DNA from: Felis catus
Lineage: Eukaryota
Assembly: GCF_018350175.1 (NCBI RefSeq)
Contig: NC_058380.1
Span: 86,180,001-86,244,000, forward strand
Direction of reading: 5' to 3'
Length of the DNA stretch: 64,000 bases
Shown: positions 59,550 through 64,000 of the stretch, one piece after another
Layout: the number at the start of each line of letters is the position of its first letter
Position numbering within the stretch: the first letter of the stretch is position 1
Made by a program: the position numbers and the translations under genes
The notes under the pieces: generated by a model
Database searches by the model: none
What the model saw: the letters and a program-made list of their open reading frames with translations, nothing else
Told to the model about the DNA's origin: nothing

Positions 59550-60800
59550 AGGTGCGGCCGCGGAGGGTGGGAGGGAGGAGGGAGGGGGCGGGCGGAGGGG
59601 GAGGGGAGGGCGAGGCCGGGGCACCTCCCCCTTTATAACGCGCCCCCTCCCGGGCTCTCGGGCCGCCTCCTCGTCGGCTCTTTCCGTCTCGCCCCCTCGC
59701 CCGGCCGCCCCGGGCCCGGGCCCGGCCAGGGAGCCCCCAGGCCGCGGNNNNNNNNNNNNNNNNNNNNNNNNNNNNNNNNNNNNNNNNNNNNNNNNNNNNN
59801 NNNNNNNNNNNNNNNNNNNNNNNNNNNNNNNNNNNNNNNNNNNNNNNNNNNNNNNNNNNNNNNNNNNNNNNNNNNNNNNNNNNNNNNNNNNNNNNNNNNN
59901 NNNCACCGCCCCGAGNNNNNNNNNNNNNNNNNNNNNNNNNNNNNNNNNNNNNNNNNNNNNNNNNNNNNNNNNNNNNNNNNNNNNNNNNNNNNNNNNNNNN
60001 NNNNNNNNNNNNNNNNNNNNNNNNNNNNNNNNNNNNNNNNNNNNNNNNNNNNNNNNNNNNNNNNNNNNNNNNNNNNNNNNNNNNNNNNNNNNNNNNNNNN
60101 NNNNNNNNNNNNNNNNNNNNNNNNNNNNNNNNNNNNNNNNNNNNNNNNNNNNNNNNNNNNNNNNNNNNNNNNGGACCCGGAGCGGGAGCGGCGGCGGCGG
60201 CGGCGGCTGGGGGCGGCGGCGGCGGCGGCGGTGCACTGGAGGCGGCCATGGCAAAGCAGTACGACTCGGTGGAGTGCCCCTTTTGTGATGAGGTGACCAA
60301 GTATGAGAAGCTCGCTAAGATCGGCCAAGGCACCTTCGGGTAAGGCTGTACCCCCGGGGGACCGGGAGCCCTGGGCCTGCAACCCTCAGGGCCGACGTCG
60401 GGATGCCCAGGGCCGGGCCCAACGTGGTCGGGAGGCCACAGAGCACCAGACGTGTCCCCTGGTCTCTAGGCCGCGCCGCAGCCCGCCTGGGCCTGACGGA
60501 GCCGGCTGGCGGGGAGGAGCCTGAGGCCCGTGATGGGGGGCGGGGAGGGGTTGCAGAGAGGAGCTTGTGAGGGGAGCGGGCTCTCCAAGAGAAGCCTGGG
60601 TGAAGAGTCCGAGGAAAGGAAGTAGAGGCTTGGAGAGGGACCGCGGGTAGCGGGAGGATGGGGCGGGCAGAGTAGGCGAGTGCCCTGAGTGCCCGGCCCA
60701 GCCCCGCCCGGGGAATCCCTTTTTTCTGCCCTCCTCCTCAGGTGGGGGAGGGGCGGGCCCAGCAGAAACGGCCTGATGAAACCTCTTGGGTCCCCCCTCT
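59100..60800 (+). promoter_or_regulatory. CDK9 CpG island with upstream TATA-containing promoter (gaps 59748-59903 and 59916-60172)
   Basis: Dense CpG, TTTATAA at 59632-59638, near-perfect X-box GTTGCCATGTCAAC at 59218-59231. Confidence 0.8.
59514..59549 (+). repeat. (GGC)12 trinucleotide repeat
   Basis: 12 perfect GGC units. Confidence 0.9.
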
Positions 60801-63736
60801 CGGCCTGCAGGGAGGTATTTAAGGCAAAGCACCGTAAGACCGGCAAAAAGGTGGCTCTGAAGAAAGTGCTGATGGAGAACGAGAAGGAGGGGGTGAGTAC
60901 GGGCGGGGTGGGCGGGCCTGCCGTCTCCTCTCGGCTCGGGGTTGGGTTTCCACCCTGCTTCTGCTAGGGCTCTCACGTCGGGAATCAGCGTAGGTGTGGT
61001 AGTTTGGGAGTTTCCGTATTCCAGGGAATTTGACTTCGTAGTTCAATTTTTTTGTTCAAATGTTTTAGAGCCTTTGATGTTTCATTTTTAGGTAAATACG
61101 GTTGGGGCCAGGAGGGGGAGCTCATGCTTGCAGAGTGCGCCTCGGTTCCTCAAGTTAGGAAGCTTTTAAACACTCTGTCCTTAGCGTTTATTTTGCATAG
61201 CATAAAAAGAAATTCCATGCAGTGGCCTTCAAAGGGTGATTGGTACTCGGTTGTAAAGGAACAGCCCCCCCCTTCCATACATCAATTTAGCTGTCGTGCA
61301 GCTTCCCAGAGACCTGATTCTTAGCAAGGAAATGTCTTTGAATAGCTGTTTTTGTTCCCACCTAGTAAGTTAAACACAGGCATAGAGCTAAATTTAAGGG
61401 TTGAAGAAACTGTGGAGGCTGTGGTGACTAGCAGTGAAGTGTTAAGTGCCACTGTTTCAGTTCATCGTCTCAAAGCAGTTCCTCGAAGGTTGCGCACTAC
61501 TCTTAACACGCATTTTACAGATAAGACATCTGAGACTGCTGATCTCAGAGCCTGTCACCTTACTCTCTTTCCCAACCTGTGCCCCTTACCTGTGGAGCTC
61601 TTGGCTCGATCGTGAGTCTGTAGTTCACTCGCTCACCTTTGACCACCTCCTGTCTTTCTCCCACTCAGTTCCCCATCACAGCCCTGCGGGAAATCAAGAT
61701 CCTCCAGCTTCTAAAACACGAGAACGTGGTTAACTTGATTGAGATCTGTCGAACCAAAGGTAAGTTGTTTGGATCGGGTCTCCATCTTCAGGTGGGGAAA
61801 ATGAGGCTTACCCGTCCCAAGGCTTTGTTTGTAAAGTTGGAAGCGGACACGCTTAAATTGCCTCTTCTTAACCCAGACCTACCGACTGTGACTGCTTTCC
61901 CGGGTCCTTTCGTCATAGCTCTTGCTGCCCCGGGGCCTGCCACAGCACCCGGCCTGGAGGAGGCACTCAGCAAATAGTTGACCAGTGAAGGAATGCACAG
62001 CCGGATACCTGAGTGTCCGTGGGTTGGAGGGGTAGAAGCTGGCTGTGGGAAGCTAAGTTGCACATGGGGTTTTATACTTTCTTTTTCTCACCCCCTTGCC
62101 CGTTCTTCCCGTCTTAGCTTCCCCCTATAACCGTTGCAAGGGCAGCATATACCTAGTGTTTGACTTCTGCGAGCATGACCTTGCGGGGCTGCTGAGCAAC
62201 GTCTTAGTCAAGTTCACGCTGTCCGAGATCAAGAAGGTCATGCAGATGCTGCTCAACGGCCTCTACTACATCCACAGAAACAAGGTGGGGGGCAGAGTGG
62301 GGGAAGAGACCGAGGCTGGGGTTGGCCTCCGCTCCCACTGCAGGGTGGATGTGCCTGAAGGGCCCTCGGAAACCTGATCGAGCCGTCTTGTGCTTCCTGC
62401 AGATCCTGCACAGGGACATGAAGGCGGCTAACGTGCTCATCACCCGCGATGGGGTCCTGAAGCTGGCGGACTTCGGGCTGGCCCGGGCCTTCAGCCTGGC
62501 AAAGAACAGCCAGCCCAACCGCTATACCAACCGTGTGGTGACGCTCTGGTACCGGCCCCCGGAGCTGTTGCTCGGTGAGGACTCCCGAGCGGGCAGAGGG
62601 GGGCAGGGGCTGGGCACTTACCCGGCCTCAGTCCCCCACTGCCAGGGCTTCTTGAGCCGCCGGCCCTGGGGCATTGCGTCTCAGGAGGCCCTCGGGCTCA
62701 AGGGGCCCTCCTGGTGCGCTCTTCTTCCCAGGGGAGCGGGACTACGGCCCCCCCATTGACCTCTGGGGTGCCGGGTGCATCATGGCGGAGATGTGGACCC
62801 GCAGCCCTATCATGCAGGGCAACACCGAGCAGCACCAGCTTGCCCTCATCAGCCAGCTCTGTGGCTCCATCACCCCTGAGGTGCGTGGCCAGGCTGCAGG
62901 TCCCCAGGGTCCCACAGGGTGCAGAGATCTGGAAGTCCTCCTGGCAAGGGAGGAGTGGGGAGTGGAATGGAGGGAAAGCCCTGGAGAGGTGGCTGGTGGA
63001 GGGACAGGGCTGGTGGTCGTTAGAGCCACACGGGCAGTGTTCAGATCTCACCCCCATCGCAGTTCTGTGGCCTCGGGGAGGGCATTTGAATCCCTCACCT
63101 CAGGGCTGAGTTTTCTCCTGTGTGAAACAACTACGCCTGTGTCGGGCTTGGTGAAAATATCGTAGGTGACTTGGGTAAAAGGGTGTGGCGCTTGGTGTGT
63201 GTCAGGGACACAGTTACTGCTGCTTTCGCTTTGGAGAGGTCCGGTTCGTCCTCCAGGGGTGGTCTGGGAGCATCTGAGAGAAGTTTTAGTCTCTTCCGGT
63301 GTCCAACCAGTAGACAAAGCCACGCACCCCCCTGAATTGACGCCGTCCTCTCCCCATGCCTCCCGCCCAGGTGTGGCCAAACGTGGACAAGTACGAGCTG
63401 TTTGAGAAACTGGACCTGGTCAAGGGCCAGAAGCGGAAGGTGAAGGACAGGCTGAAGGCCTATGTGCGTGACCCCTACGCGCTGGACCTCATCGACAAGT
63501 TGCTGGTGCTGGATCCCGCACAGCGCATCGACAGCGACGACGCCCTCAACCACGACTTCTTCTGGTCTGACCCCATGCCCTCGGATCTCAAGGGCATGCT
63601 CTCCACCCACCTGACGTCCATGTTTGAGTACCTGGCGCCGCCGCGCCGGAAGGGCAGCCAGATCACCCAGCAGTCCACCAACCAGAGCCGCAATCCCGCC
63701 ACCACCAACCAGACGGAGTTCGAGCGCGTGTTCTGA
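60248..63736 (+). CDS. CDK9: Cyclin-dependent kinase 9 (42-kDa isoform, 372 aa)
   Basis: join(60248..60339,60811..60892,61669..61759,62118..62284,62403..62574,62732..62880,63371..63736) = 1119 nt. Motifs [24 protein letters not shown] and [14 protein letters not shown]; C-terminus [10 protein letters not shown]. Confidence 0.99.
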
Positions 63737-64000
63737 GGGCCGGCTGTTGGCGCTTTACATTAGGGCAGTTTTATTTTTTCTCCTGCTGTGTGACTTGCGT
63801 TGTGGAGGTTATGGGGCATTTGAGTTTTCCCTAGTGCTTTATTTTATTTGATCCCCACCCTGGGCACTGGGAACGCCAGCTGAGTGGACTGGAGGAAAGC
63901 TTTGGCTGAAAGCCCAGGAGGGCACTGGGGCTGCCTCCCCTGGTTCCCTGGCTTTCGAGATGATGACCAGAGGGTCTCCGTTTACTTTCAGACAGGAATG

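Noticed and set aside
59748-60172. MIR3960/MIR2861 cluster, reported upstream of CDK9 in human and mouse
   Set aside because: The expected location is almost entirely N, and no hairpin can be supported from the readable bases.
59205-60382. Long ORFs of 250-370 aa on both strands, and similar ones at 36998-38115 and 29661-30260
   Set aside because: Artefacts of N runs and GC-rich, stop-poor sequence.

Overview
Mammalian genomic DNA from a carnivore, probably a feliform, judged from its Can-SINE/SINEC_Fc-type elements. The gene order matches my recollection of human 9q34.11: 3' part of CFAP157 (+), PTRH1 (-), TTC16 (+), TOR2A (-), SH2D3C (-, at least two coding first exons) and CDK9 (+). I traced the exons by hand from splice sites and phase continuity. 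All six frames are intact except the 5' end of TTC16. There are about 14 SINE copies (one nested in another), several CpG-island promoters and five assembly gaps. I found no wholly new gene system. The best candidates for novelty are: (1) apparent start-codon turnover in TTC16, where the ancestral ATG is lost and a 1-nt deletion brings a GCCATGG into frame; (2) an altered prosalusin frame in TOR2A; (3) two consecutive GC-AG introns in TTC16, one in frame and containing a G27 run; (4) an AT-rich imperfect palindrome in an SH2D3C intron; (5) a CCAAT/GC-box array in SH2D3C intron 8. Comparisons with human proteins are from memory and need confirming by alignment.
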